Below, in pieces: positions 29,876 through 43,200 of a stretch of DNA of 64,000 bases. Position 1 is the stretch's first letter, and each line of letters starts with the position of its first letter. The DNA comes from Fimicolochytrium jonesii. Taxonomy: Eukaryota. The position numbers and the translations under genes were made by a program. The stretch is from positions 1,984,001 to 2,048,000 of the forward strand of contig NW_026515668.1 in the NCBI RefSeq assembly GCF_025526975.1, in the 5' to 3' direction. The notes beneath the pieces are model-generated. The model had not been told where the DNA came from and made no database searches. It saw only the letters and a program-made list of their open reading frames with translations.

Positions 29876-30141
29876 TGCGGTTGGGGAAGGTCTTTCCCCT
29901 CACGCGTCCGACTGGATTTTGCTGAATTGGGGGAAGCGGGACAGACAGACAGACAGGACAGATCGCGTCTCTCTAGAAAGCCTTTCCTTAGGTGACGAGC
30001 CAACCTTCCCGAGCTGCTGACATTCCGCGAGAACCACCGCAACCCCCTTAAAACACAACATATATATAATCGAAAGGCCCGTCGTCACGGCCTTGCACCG
30101 TTATCTTCTCTCTGAAGCGCCTTCTCTGAGCCCACGCAACT

Positions 30142-32132
30142 ATGCCTCCTAAAGCTGACTGGGAAAAATGTAGGCCGTGGTCCATTCCAGCCCATTTGAA
30201 CTTCCAGGCTAACCGCGTCGGCTTGTAGATGACTCTCCTCTCGATGAGGACAAGAAGGAGAAGATCAAAGGTAAGGGCTGGATTGCTCTTTCTTGAATAA
30301 ACTACTGCGAAGGTTGCTTTGACTCTGACCAGTCATGCTTCTCTTTTTGTAGTGCTGGATGAGGGGGACATCGCCATCTTGAAGACATATGTACGTAGCG
30401 CTCGTCAAAGGTACTCCTGTTTCGAACGAAAATCGAGAGTTCACCTCGTTCATATTAAACAGGGACAAGGACCGTATGCGAAAGAGCTGAAAGCGATAGA
30501 GACGGACATTAAGGAGGTCCAGAAGCGGGTCAACGAAAAGATGGGAGTGAAGGAAACAGACACTGGTTTAGCGCCGCCAAATCTTTGGGATATCCCTGCG
30601 GACAAGCAACGCATGTCTGAGGAGCATCCTCTTCAGGTGCGGAAAACTATTGCTTTGAAGAATCGTGAGATTGGGTGAACTAGGGGCTCACATTGAAAGG
30701 ATTTAGGTCGCTCGTTGCACCAAGATCATCCAGGCAGGCGAAGGAGAGGACGCAAAATATGTCATCAACGTGAAGCAGATCGCAAAGTTCGTGGTTGGAC
30801 TTGGGGAACGGGTTGCGCCCACTGATGTTGAAGAGGGCATGCGAGTAGGGTAAGCTGCCGTCGATATCGACCAAGCTGGGAAAATCTACCAACGTACTGA
30901 AAACTTCTGAACAGAGTGGACCGGACCAAATACCAGATTCAGATCCCATTACCACCACGTATCGACCCTACAGTGACTATGATGCAGGTTGAGGATAAAC
31001 CAGACATCACGTATGCTGATGTTGGTGGGTGCAAGGAGCAGATTGAGAAGCTCCGTGAAGTAGTCGAAATGCCTCTACTGCAGGTGAGTTTCATGGATGG
31101 GCCATTCACGTTTGGGAATGGTCTCTAAATGTGACATGTTGCAGCCTGAGCGATTTGTCAACCTTGGTATCGACCCTCCAAAGGGTGTCTTGCTGTATGG
31201 CCCTCCCGGGACGGGAAAAACGCTCTCCGCACGTGCAGTTGCCAATCGTACCGACGCAACGTTTATCCGTGTCATTGGTTCCGAGCTTGTTCAGAAGTAT
31301 GTGTTGCCGAAGGACTCGAATATCCTCACTCCATACAGGGACTAACGCATCTTCCTCCCATTCCAGGTATGTCGGTGAAGGCGCACGAATGGTCCGCGAG
31401 CTTTTTGAAATGGCACGAACAAAGAAAGCCTGCATCATTTTTTTTGATGAAGTTGACGCGATTGGAGGAGCTCGTTTCGATGACGGTGCCGGTGGCGACA
31501 ATGAAGTGCAGCGAACGATGTTAGAGCTGATTAACCAACTGGATGGGTTCGACCCACGTGGTAACATCAAGGTGTTGATGGCCACCAACAGGTACGTAAA
31601 TCGGTGGTGGGAACTGGACACGGGTCAAGCTCTAACTGATTCTCGAAAAGGCCCGACACACTGGACCCGGCTCTCATGCGACCTGGACGTCTGGATCGTA
31701 AAGTAGAGTTCAACCTGCCTGACTTGGAGGGACGAGCGCACATCTTGAAGATCCATGCTCGCAGCATGAGTGTGGAACGTGACATTCGATATGAGCTGAT
31801 TGCTAGGCTGTGCCCGAATGCTACTGGTGGGTACCTGCTATTTCCGTTTTGCCCGAGTGATTATAAAGCTAAGATTTCTGGTTGCGATTCAAAAGGTGCT
31901 GAATTGCGCAGTGTATGCACGGAAGCCGGCATGTACGCCATCAGAGGACGACGGAAGGTAAGGCATCCACGAAGGGAAGTGGCTTGACTATGGACGTGGC
32001 GGGCTCACGTTTACATCGACGACCCATTCTTGATAGCTCGCTACCGAAAAGGACTTTTTGGAATCGGTGAACAAGGTCATCAAGGGTTACCAGAAGTTCT
32101 CTGCTACGCCGAAGTACTTGCTTGCCATGTAG
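30142..32132 (+). CDS. RPT1: 26S proteasome regulatory ATPase Rpt1/PSMC2, multi-exon
   Basis: [94 protein letters not shown]. Confidence 0.98.
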
Positions 32133-32501
32133 ATAAGGAGTCTTAGTGCAATACATTCGATGGGTCTCTTTCTATAGTAGTTGATGCGCGATGAGGGGAC
32201 AGTTGCGCGCGCGTCCATCCCGGTCGGACCTCCGTGACGCAACCACTCAGCAACCACTCGCTCCTTCCGCGGGAAATGCATTTTGACGAGCTGTCTTTTC
32301 CACTGGCTTGACATCTTGACCACCCGAGAAACCTATATAGCGAAGATTCCCGGTGCCTTCCTTTATATAGTCTCCTCCAGCAAGGAGACGGCAAACTGGG
32401 TCATTGTTTGCGCCCAACCGGAGTCGGGCGTGATCTCCGAACTTTGCAAAAGGACTAGCATTGTACAGTATTCCCGGCCTGGGCGGCCAAACTGCACCTA
32501 G

Positions 32502-34880
32502 ATGGCAAAGGTACTCCTTACCACCCTTGTATGGATATACTCGTTAGCAGCGGGGCTCCATGGGTTTCTGGCACCGATTCTGCTTGTCGTGTGAGTACCT
32601 CTGTGACCCAATACGATTTCGAGCAACTTCGTTCACATATTGACGGCTGTCCGATACTTCTAGAATTCCGTCGCGGCAGGTGCTCCGGTTGATATTCCTC
32701 ACCTACTTCTTCCAATTCTGCCTACTACCTGCCTTGGTCCTCGTATGGTACCGCGATAGTATCCAACCAGCCGCGGTCGAAGTCAAAAACCAGTCGTCCG
32801 ATGACGAAGACGAGACGAGGTCACTCCTCCCGAGCCCCACCTCCCGGGATGACAGCGCCAACGGCAACGTCCTCCGCAACCGTCGCAACTCCGAAGCGCG
32901 CTCCCCAACCGCCACCTCCCCAGGATCAGCGCTCCACTCCTCAGAGTCACAAGGTGCGCATAGAACTTCCACCGCTCAGCGCCGCCGCCGTCATGTGACA
33001 TACCGAGATGATAACCACCCATCCGAAGGTTTTTTCACGTTCCTTAAGAGCCGCAAGATGCGCACGGCGCTGCTGGTGCTCTCGTTCGTGGCCAATACCA
33101 CCCTTTTTGGATTGTGCATGGATTTCGTGTATAGGCCGTATCTGAAGGAGCAGCATCGGGATCTGCAGTTGACGCGTGTGGGCGCGGTTGGGAGCGATTA
33201 TGCGAGGGTGTTTGTGAGAGCGCCTACGGAGGCGACGCTGGCGCTTGAGTTTACGCCGGCGAAGGAGGAAACATGGGCTGTGTGCGAGTCGGGGGTGGTG
33301 GTTAGCGCTGCCAATGATTATACCGCCATTGCGACGTGCAATCAGCTGGCGCCAAAGACGACGTACCATTATCGATGGGTGAAAGCGGACGGACAGCCGC
33401 TGTTTGCGGATACGAAGGCTGCGGACTATCGGTTCAAGACTGCGCCTGTGGATCTGGCGAAAGCGAAATATTCATTCGCATTCACATCTTGTGCGTTGCG
33501 TGTGATTTCATAGCTTTCGCACATTGCACCTGCGCTAACGCGGTATACTCTTAGGTGTCAAGCCTGGGTTCCCATACATGACGAAGGTAGGCAAGGCGAG
33601 CATAAATCTTAGCACTCAATTCAGCTTCGAGGCTCATCAGCTTTCACAGGGCATCCAAGGCTTTCGCGAGATGGGGAAACAAGACCTGTCGTTTGTCATG
33701 TTCCTTGGTGACCTGATCTACGCAGGTGGGTACCAGGGACGGTTGCAATAGTTAGTGGGTGTTGCCACTCACACGTTGGAATAGATGCCCCTACCCTCTA
33801 CGGCACGGACGTGGACACTTACCGCTGGCACTACCGGTATCTCTACTCCCACGCCGATTTCAGGGACACCTTCCGCCGAATCCCCTTCCTCACAATCTAC
33901 GACGACCACGAAATCCTCAACGACTGGGAGTTCGACCACGCTGACCCGTACCCCGCAGCCTTCAAGGCCTTCAACGAGTACGCGGGCCTCACTAACCCGC
34001 AAAAGGACGCGAACGAGTCGGCGATCTTTGAGTATGCGTTTGGGGATACCGCGTTTTTTGTTATGGATACGCGTGGGTACCGGGATCCGAAGACGGGGAC
34101 GATGTTGGGGGATGCGCAGAAGAAGAGGGTGCAGGATTGGTTGTTGAGAGGTTCGTGGCCGCGTTTTGTATTTGATATTTCTCCCTTGAGCGAAGCTAAC
34201 GGCAGTAACACGTTTAACGTCCTGCAGTAAAGGACAAGTACACAATCAAATTCCTCGTCTCCTCCGTCCCATTAACGCAGAACTGGCAATGGGAGCAACG
34301 TGACACCTGGGCGGGCTACCTGCGGGAACGGCAGGAGATCTTGGACTTCATTTCGACGAATGATATCCGCAATGTGATGGCTATCAGCGGGGATAGGCAT
34401 GAGGTGGCCGTTACGAAGCTGCCCGGGAACGTTATTGAGTTTAGCACGAGGTAGATGGTGGTTCGATTTGACTCGCCCATTGGTTGCGTCCACTGAAACT
34501 GTTTGTGTGTCCTATCCAGTCCTCTACAAGCTTTCTACAGGTAGGATAGCAGCCCACACGGGAACGTCTCGATTATCCTACGACCTGACATCAACTCCCC
34601 CGTTCACAGCCCAATAGAAACCTACCGCGAAACCGCCGAAGACCAAAAGATCTTCTCCTGGAGGCCCGGACGCATTAAGTGGGGCAGGTTCACCATCGAT
34701 ACCACAAAGTCGACGCCGACCGCTACTTATGCGTTGTTTGTGAATGATTATCAAGGTATGGTCCATACGTAGGTCCTCGCGCGTACCCTCTCTGTTCCTG
34801 AGGATTAAGTTGCTCTTTCCCTCTTTCCCATTGTAGACACGCCTGTATATGAGAAGACGTTTGAGTTGCTTCCTTTGTAG
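32502..34880 (+). CDS. PhoD-like alkaline phosphatase with N-terminal transmembrane segments (true start uncertain)
   Basis: FAFTSC, FLGDLIYAD, IYDDHEILNDW, DTRGYR, MLGDAQ, DTWAGYLRERQEIL, ISGDRHE. Confidence 0.9.
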
Positions 34881-35242
34881 GTCAAATGTAGCTCCTAGAT
34901 ATTCTTCGAGATTGGCATCGGAATGGGATTGCTTCCACGGCGTGTTGAGCGTATGTATGTAGACAGCTGTCGCTTTAGTGTGAATACATATAGTTCCGAA
35001 CCACTTTTGCTGGTCGATGTGCGAAATTTGGCGTTGCTTTGAGAATTTCGTTCGAAACCGGGCACCGTGTTGCCAAGGCCAAAGCCACTCTAAGATATGA
35101 TGAGCCGACCCTGCTGCAGAGCATACACAGCAAAGAAGGACGTGGTGGAAGAGTATGATTTAATTCAGGTGCTACACTTGGTTTTAGATACGCCGGGCAA
35201 AGGGTATCCTAGATATACTAGACTACTTCGAGGCCATCTAGA

Positions 35243-38200
35243 TCAATCCATCATATCCAACTGCAGAGAAGAAAAGTCAACGAATACGATCTGGGAGCAT
35301 TGATGCAGGAAGGTGCGTTGGGCACCCAGCGAAGAGTACTCACCCAGTCTTCTTCCTCCACAGGTTTGTTCTTGACAACGTCTGGACCCACTTCTTCTGT
35401 GGCAGCTTGCAGGAACTGTGCGAGATTACCCCCGTCAGCCCGTCGCACATAGAAAAGCGCTGAGCCGTTGAAGATGACCCCAAATACATAAACATACCGT
35501 CTCCGCATCTTCCTCAGTAAAAGTGCTCTCGGCATTCTCCTGCTTGGTAATAAGGGTAACCTGCTTCTCGCAAATCCGCTTCCAAAACTCAGCATGGTTA
35601 GCATGCTCTCCACTTGGGGATAGATCTGTTTTGGTCTTTGTCAACCAGTCGTTGAATCGTGGCGCTTCGTCTTGAGTCACGCAGGCCGCTCGAAGCACGA
35701 GGATACAGTTCATGGCTTTGTCGTAGAATTGGTCCCGGAAGGATTTGGTGATGAGGGATGTGATCACTTCGCACATTTGCGTGACGGCTGCAGCGTGTTG
35801 TTTCGTGAGGACATCTGATAGGTTCAGGAATGCGAGGAACGTAGAGACATACCAGGCTCCACAAGATCCTTGTCCGTCCTACTGATCATAGCTGTGAAAT
35901 CGCTGATGGGATCTGCAGAGGACACCTTATCGACCTGTCGGCCTGTCAAATCCTGCATGCTCGTGACGATCGGCGCCTGTTCCTCCGTCTTGATGCGCTT
36001 GTCGCCATTTTGACCGTTTTGGTTTGCTCCACCGGCTTCTTCAATCGCCTGCCCTGCCACGCGATCTGCCCAGGCACGTTTGCCGGCTGCCTTCTTCGCG
36101 ACTACAGGAAACTCATATATCAGCTCACAATGAACATGTTCACCTGGAAGAATTCACCCCCACCCTTTGTGATCTTGAAACTTTCAGCGAGCTTCGCCGC
36201 AGCTGCTTTAGAAGGCTCTGCCAGTTCCTGCAACGGTTCCAAGCACGCTAGGATTTGAGGATCCGCTGGCGGCAGCCCTTCGGTCGGATGTATTGCGCGG
36301 TGAGCGATGCACTGATACAGACGCTGCCATGCAGGGTTGAAGACGTCTTTTGGCCTGAAAGCTTCAATCTTCCCTCTGTCAAAGAAAAGAACTAAGGCGC
36401 CACATCGAGTGAAAGGTGGACAGGGAAAGAGCAAGCACCCCATACCCGTCGTCATTGTCAATGGCATTCATGAGATCCATAGAATCTATGAAATCGTCCA
36501 CAGCCTTCACTGCCTCGTCCGGTGGGACTTGTCGTGCGTCAAGCTTGTGTTTCTTTCCACTTGGTCCAGGCAGGGTGCCCAGAACGGAATTCGAATGCGA
36601 TGCAAAGGACAAGTCAGATACGTCTTTCGACAGTAGGAAATCAAAATTAGGGAACGAATAGGCGCGAAGGTCTTCTGCAAAAGGAAGCTGACCAAGACAG
36701 TTAAATTCTCCGGCGAAACGGCACCCTGTGCATATTGAAAGTTTTCGCATACTTGGACAAACAGCGCCCAGTCTTGCTTTTCCTTCGATCCATATGGTAT
36801 GATGGCACCCAATTTCGGATTCGCGCGGTCATTGCGAACATATCGGACAATGGCGGCTCGCCCGGTTTCTTTCAATGCGTCCATGAGAGGGTAAAAAAGC
36901 CCTGCCGCGACAGGATTATCGGGTTCAGGAATCACTGCGAAAGTGTTCGACATGTATTGATACCGAGGGATCTGGTCGGACGTGAAATGAGCATACACCG
37001 CTTGACCTGAAGTTGAAAGGCCTCCACAACCTACCCTGTCTTTTGACACGAAGCCCAATATGGATAGACCTTTGGTTGTCGATAGCTTCATGGCCTCCTC
37101 ATCTTCCTCCGAGAAGGGCACGAGTTTCCTCCCGTAAGCATACGCCCGAACTAGATCTTCTTTCGAGACTTTCACCCCATTTTCGTTCTCCGCTCCGTCC
37201 GAGCTCTGTGCATCGCCCATTGCAAGTTTGTAGTTCCGCACCATGTCAACTTTCCCGTAAGTCGTTGCATCGCGCTCGGCATCGGGGACCGTGTCAGCTA
37301 AATTCGACCACTTCTTGGCCGATGGTAGCTTCATTTCGCTCGTTTTGGCGTACAAGTGTACACCAATTTCGATCCCCTCGCTTGGGTGCGCGATCGGGTC
37401 CCCAAGGAGTAACGGGCCTCGCATAATAGGAACTGGCCGTACGGTCTTCGACCGAAGTTGACTGAGCACTTGTTTCGCTTCCTCCCCATCCCAGAATGTC
37501 CCGCCCAGCTTTTCAGTGAACTCCCGGAGCCATACTTCGTTTGCCGCCTAGTACGCAGCCAGTGTTGACGTTGATATGAACGAGTCAATCTTATAGACCA
37601 TGAAATCCGCAATTTTCGACCTACCTTGACCTCCGACTTCCCTTCCGCTTTGATGTCCGAGTCCGGATCCTCAAAGTCATACCCTCTGGACATGGACTTC
37701 TTTAGTTTCATGGTCAGGTGCACGTGGCACAAGTTACTCACATGAGGTTGAAGTCAATGGCCATGAGCTTCGTTTTGTCTACGACGCTCTCAGTGTTTTC
37801 GGTTTCCATGGGATTTGCAGCGTCCGTAAACAGATAGATCTTCTTTTCATACATCAGTGGCTTCCCAGTTTTGCCAGTACAATGTTTTTCCAATGTATGC
37901 ACCGCAAGGATGATGGCATCCATTACTGCATCCATTCATCACAAGACTCTGGTCAGCATATAGAATGCCAAACACAGTGACTTTTCTCAAATGCTCACAG
38001 ACCATCACCGGGACCTGGGCCTTCCTCTAACCCCGCGTCCACGAACTTGAGAAGCTCGAGGTCCGCCATCCGCATGAGCGCCTCGGATTGTTCCTCGAAT
38101 ACCCATGACTTGATATGCTGATACTGCTCGGCTTCGTCGGCGAGAACGTTGTCCGTTTCTACCAAACCAGGAATGAGAACGACAGAGTATGTGAAAGCAA

Positions 38201-38471
38201 GGACGGTGACGGCCCAAACCTTCCGTTCCCACAGTAAGTAAAGCCACCTGGTCCGTTTTCCGCCCTGCGATAATCTGAACGACAGAGCGTTATTCCGAGA
38301 ATCGCATCTATTTTGGTCCCCTTGCCTGCTCATGACGATCACCTTGGAGTGCAGAAGCTGAAACAGGGTGTCCTTAGCGTTCTTTTGAAAGCTTGTGCCG
38401 GTATGGTCTGTGTTGATTCTCATGGACGGGTTGACGTCCACGATGAAGACCGTGGCCACCTTCCCCGCCAT
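35243..38471 (-). CDS. KU80: Ku80 (XRCC5) NHEJ DNA end-binding protein, multi-exon
   Basis: MAGKVATVFIVDV vWA start, KIYLFTDA, AYAYGRKLVPFS, QLPFAEDLRAYSF, FNPAWQRLYQCIAHRAIHP, C-terminal Ku_PK_bind (PISDF...YDKAMNCILVLR), ends LDMMD*. Confidence 0.95.
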
Positions 38472-38687
38472 CCTGGGCGAGCTCCTCGTATGCTATGTGT
38501 ACCCCGCAAGTTATCAAGACGAAGGCGAGGACTCACGCGTACTGATACCAAAGATGGACATTATATGACGCCTTTATGAAGGGCGTTCTCACTTCCGCTT
38601 ATTTTTGATTGAGGTATATGAATTTACAGCCTGATCGTTGCTCTCCTACTCTCTGGACGCATATATTTTTCCAAATCCGTCCTGCTG

Positions 38688-39755
38688 TCACCTTCCTACT
38701 TTCTCCCCCCGCATATTGACCAAGATGACGACAGGCCCATCCGCTACATCCTCCCTCTTTTCCCCATTTTCGTCATTCCCATCGGCCCAAAGTAGACCCT
38801 CCAGCGTTTGATCCCCACACAATCTTCGCCCATTCATGCTGAATTCAGCCAAATGACGATTGCGTGATGCGCGCTGACAGTAAATAGTCATGAGCCGTTC
38901 AAGAGGTGTCCATTTGCGAATCTTGAACCAGATACCGTTGTAAGGCTGCTTCGTGGGAGCGTTGATGTTGTGGGATTGTGCTTGAGAATGTCTTCTCGCA
39001 TAATGCACCGACGACCGTTGTGGTGCATGCTGTTGTGTTGTGTCTTGTGAAGAAGCTTCGGATTGCGACGTCGGACGAGGTGTCGAGGAGGTTGGAGATG
39101 CAGGTGTTATGTCGCTGTCGTGTTGCGTCGAGGTACTGGTAGGACCTGAGCTTGCAATTTCTCTGACAACAACCCGAACATACCCCGGTCCCTCATGAGG
39201 CGGCGGTGGTGTTGTGCATGACCTTCGGCTCGGATCCTGCCTGCCCCCACCAGCCAACGCAAGTGGCCTTGACTCCTCAACGTCTCGTGGCCTGTCCGCC
39301 CTTCGTGTCCTGTCCTCTTCATTTCTCCCATCCGTGCCATGATTCCATTCGTCTTCGTCAAACTCATCGTCAGGACTCCGTCGCCGGCGATTGCTTCTCC
39401 AGCTACTTCTCGTCCGATCTTCATGCACGTGGTCACGCCTATTGTTCTGTCCAACTTGTGCTTGCCATTCGGGGAAGAGCGACCTCCGCGGTCCGGAACC
39501 ACTTTCCCGTGGCTGCTGTGGCGTTTGGACCGAACTGCTGTGATAGAACTGGGCTGGGTTCATTCCACGCCTCCTGTCCGTCACAGAAGGGTTCTCATTG
39601 TCATTGTGGGTGGATGTCGAGGCGGTATGCTGTATGCTGGAACGAAAGCGAAGGGTCACGCGCCGACCGCTACCTTCTTCCCAGCCTTCTAACTCGTTGG
39701 TAGCGAGACGGCGGAGGAGGTCAGCCAGTTGCGTCGGGGTGGTCGTGGCGGGCAT
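38688..39755 (-). CDS. Intronless disordered protein with a C-terminal SUMO-like domain (Rad60/SLD type)
   Basis: IWFKIRKWTPLERLMTIYCQR...EFSMNGRRLCGDQTLEGL resembles the SUMO fold; no terminal GG. Confidence 0.65.
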   Translation of the reverse strand: MPATTTPTQLADLLRRLATNELEGWEEGSGRRVTLRFRSSIQHTASTSTHNDNENPSVTDRRRGMNPAQFYHSSSVQTPQQPRESGSGPRRSLFPEWQAQVGQNNRRDHVHEDRTRSSWRSNRRRRSPDDEFDEDEWNHGTDGRNEEDRTRRADRPRDVEESRPLALAGGGRQDPSRRSCTTPPPPHEGPGYVRVVVREIASSGPTSTSTQHDSDITPASPTSSTPRPTSQSEASSQDTTQQHAPQRSSVHYARRHSQAQSHNINAPTKQPYNGIWFKIRKWTPLERLMTIYCQRASRNRHLAEFSMNGRRLCGDQTLEGLLWADGNDENGEKREDVADGPVVILVNMRGEKVGR

Positions 39756-40265
39756 AACTTGGTATGTCTTTGTCGACAGTGGGCTGCCCTCACTCAACCT
39801 TAGCTCTGCGCACTACTCGTCGATCTTATTGCCAACCGAGACAAAGAGACACAGGCAAACGGGAGGACAGATGTCACCGAAGTGAGGGTGTCATAAGGTC
39901 GGATGGTCTTCTCCTTTGAGCAACAAGGATACTCCGTGCAAAGATGAAGAAGAGAACTTTTGGGTGGAAAGTAAGAGCTGTCAAACGCAGCAGGGGGAAA
40001 GCTGAAGTTCGGCAGTGAGCGCGCGGGCAGGTAAGCGGTGACGCGGAAACTCGACAGCGCGTTCCTGACAGCGCGTGACTCCTTTTCGTGATGTTCCAAA
40101 GCTAAAGCCAATGAGATTTTATTGATGATCAATCAAGGAGCGATTTGCACCGTCTCGTATATGCATCACGAGTAAGAAATCCTATCTGCTACGCCTCTAT
40201 GTGTACTCCTCCTTAGCTCAACGCCCGCTTCGGAATGATGTGATGCATATGTATTCGCACTCTAA

Positions 40266-43200
40266 CTAGTCTCGATGGGCTGGCTTGACAAAACCATACA
40301 TGTGGGCCCGCCAATCCTCTGCCTCCTCAAGCGGCGCCGGTTGTTCATCCTTTTTCCCATATTCTTGAGCATTCGCATCGCTAATACCCTCCCCGCCGAT
40401 TTCTCCAAAATTTCTTGCATCTTCTGCATCTTCTGCATCCTCGATCCACACACCGGCGTGCATGAGTTCCGGCTCATCGTCATCTACCACAGTGCCGACA
40501 CACTCCTCGCCAAAATCTCCGAGATTTCTTCCATCTTCTGCATCCTCGATCCACACACCACTAACGTGCATGAGTTCCCGCTCATTTATCACGGGCGTCT
40601 CGGCAACCTCTCCCTTAGGTGTTTCCAGGCCGCTTTCGGCTTGGATGGCCGAATCGAATGCTGCGACGTGCCCACCATCTTCTTCAGCGTCTTTGCTCGG
40701 AGAAATGTGCGACACGCTTGGATCCGCAAGAGCACTCGTGTGAGATGCATCAGCGCTATTCGCATCTACCAGTGCAAACCTCTGCTCTGCGAGCAATTTG
40801 ACCGTAGCTTCCTGCGCGACTTTAGAGGTCTCCTCCAGTTTCGCGGTTTCCTGCTTAACGACCTCCCGCGCCTTTTGTTTCTTCATCTCCTCATCAGCAA
40901 CCTGATCCGCGACTTTGACAAGATGAGGCCAGCGAAGGGAAATGATCTGTCGGACTTTGTGGCGCAGCTGAGGTTTCCCCTCTTCAGAGGTACCGGACGT
41001 GTCGACACCAGAGGTACATAAAGGCCCGAAGATTGTGCGGATGGTCTTCGCGGAGGGCGTGGCGGAGTATGCTTTCGCAGAAAGACTAGTCTTTTGTGCT
41101 TTGTCGCCCTTTGCGATCTTCTTCTTGTCCGTCTTCGCGGTGACTTTCCCTGGTCCACCCATGCTCTGGAAAAACATCACAGCATCTGACGTGCGGCCAC
41201 ACCTCAGTAAGGCTTCGATGTAAGAGTTGCACATATTCTCCGTGGGATATTCCTTGAAGTTTGCCAAGATCGCCTGGCGCGTTTCACGCTTTGACTCCTC
41301 ATCCGGTTTCATGTGTTCAGCTAATATTGGGAGCTGCACCATGTCATGCCAGGTATCCTCAAGCCGCTTTATCGCTGTCGAGGTAGGATTTTCGGCCGTT
41401 TCCGCACCGATGATGTCCAGATATGTGCACAGGAAGGCCTCATTGAGCCGCTCGAAACCGCGTGGAGAAGGTTGCGAGACGATGAATCCCCATCGGCGAC
41501 GACTGGCAGATTTTCGCGAGGCCGTTCTGGCCTTAAAGACCTTGACCTTGGCTATAGGCATCGAATGGGTGCCAGCTTTTTCGGGCGAGCAGTCCCACAG
41601 TACTCGAGGGCGTCCAGAAGCCCAGTTCCAGAGGAGTTTGCCGTCTTCATACCACCGTTGATGCAAGCAGAGTTTCAAGGCAATCGCCACTGTTACATCG
41701 TCGATGAGTTTTGTGGGAAGTTTTTTCAGAAGAGCTATGGATCTGTGTACAACGTTCACGTCTGTCCGCGGGCTGCCCGGGTGGCCGATATAACCGTTGG
41801 CGACCATATGTACGAGGTGGTTATCGATGCCCTCACTAAAGAAGCCATACCCAGGAGTCTGCTGCAAAAATCCCGTAATTCGGTTGATACTGACATTCGC
41901 CGGAGCGTCGTTCCGGGACAGGATATAATTCGCTATGTCGCAATAGGGAACCCCAGTACCTTGTAATGAAAGCGATCGATCATGGCTTGACTCCTCATGC
42001 GAGAAACTGTAAAGCGCCAGCTCAGCACTGGAGAGGTCCCCTTGTTGCAGCAAGGCGGCCACAAAATGCTTCATGGTATTCGCGTCCGGTGCAATCTTTG
42101 CGTTGTTCATGATCTTCATCCAATGCGCGATCTCACGTGCCCCGCCTAACTCCGATAAAACGCTCGTGATGGTATCGTAGACGTCTCTTGAAGCAGGTAC
42201 TTTGTACTCAACCATCTCTTCATTTACAATGTACAACAAGCTTTCATGAAGCATCTCCTTGGCTGCTTCTTTATCCTCACCAGCCAGATACGCACGCGAA
42301 TGCACGATGATGATGGCGATAAAAGTGTCCTGATCGGGGGAGAACCCAAGTTCATCGAAGCGGTTGAGGCGCTTGCGTATCGATTTACGATGATTTTTGG
42401 GAGGCTTGCCTGAGAGGTTGCTCTCATTCTTCACTGCTTGCTTGCGAAGGAAAAGATTCAGGGTCGCCAAATCAGGTTTGATCTGTCGCCGGGACAACAC
42501 GACGGTCCATCTGTCCATCTCGGCAACGATGTCGAATCCCGCTTCATTGGCCGAAGTAAGGGCCGCGGACAGGAGAGTGTTGATTGTGATGACATCGGGT
42601 TGAACATTGAAGGATGTCATTTCTTCAAATGCGTCGACGCATCGCCGGTAGTCTTTGACTTCTTTCCAACCCTTCAGAACCAGATTCCACTCCACCGCTG
42701 ACCATTTCGCGTTGGAAGCCGAGGTTTTGAGCACATCCTCCAAGAGATTAGGAGCCTTCAATCTGGCATAAGCTGTTGCGAGTGCGATGTTGTAAATGTT
42801 GTCCGTCTGAAAGCCCGATTTGGTGATATTTTTCTTTATCTGCTCCACATCGTCGAGGGTTTTCGCAGTAGGTAATAACGACGTTAGCGTCGCCAGATCC
42901 GGTATGAAGCCTCTCGCTGCGGCAACCTTCCGGAGTTGTTGCAAAAGGTTCTCCTCCTCCATCCTGGCAAGGGCAGCAATCACCGTATTATAAGCCCACG
43001 CATCGGGCTTGAGTTCCAGTCCGTCGACAAGGCCGGCTGTCTTCACGTTGATAAGTATGTGTGCAGCCTCGACGGTCCGACCAGCCGACACGTAGGCTTT
43101 GAAGATAAGATTGTGTACGATGTCTTCGGGGTAGATTCCGTGGACAACCATGGTGGTCAAAAGCTCCAAGAACTCCGAAACCTTGCCCTCCGCCGCGAGG

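Noticed and set aside
38535..38540. ACGCGT MCB element upstream of KU80
   Set aside because: A single 6-mer in GC-rich DNA is expected by chance.
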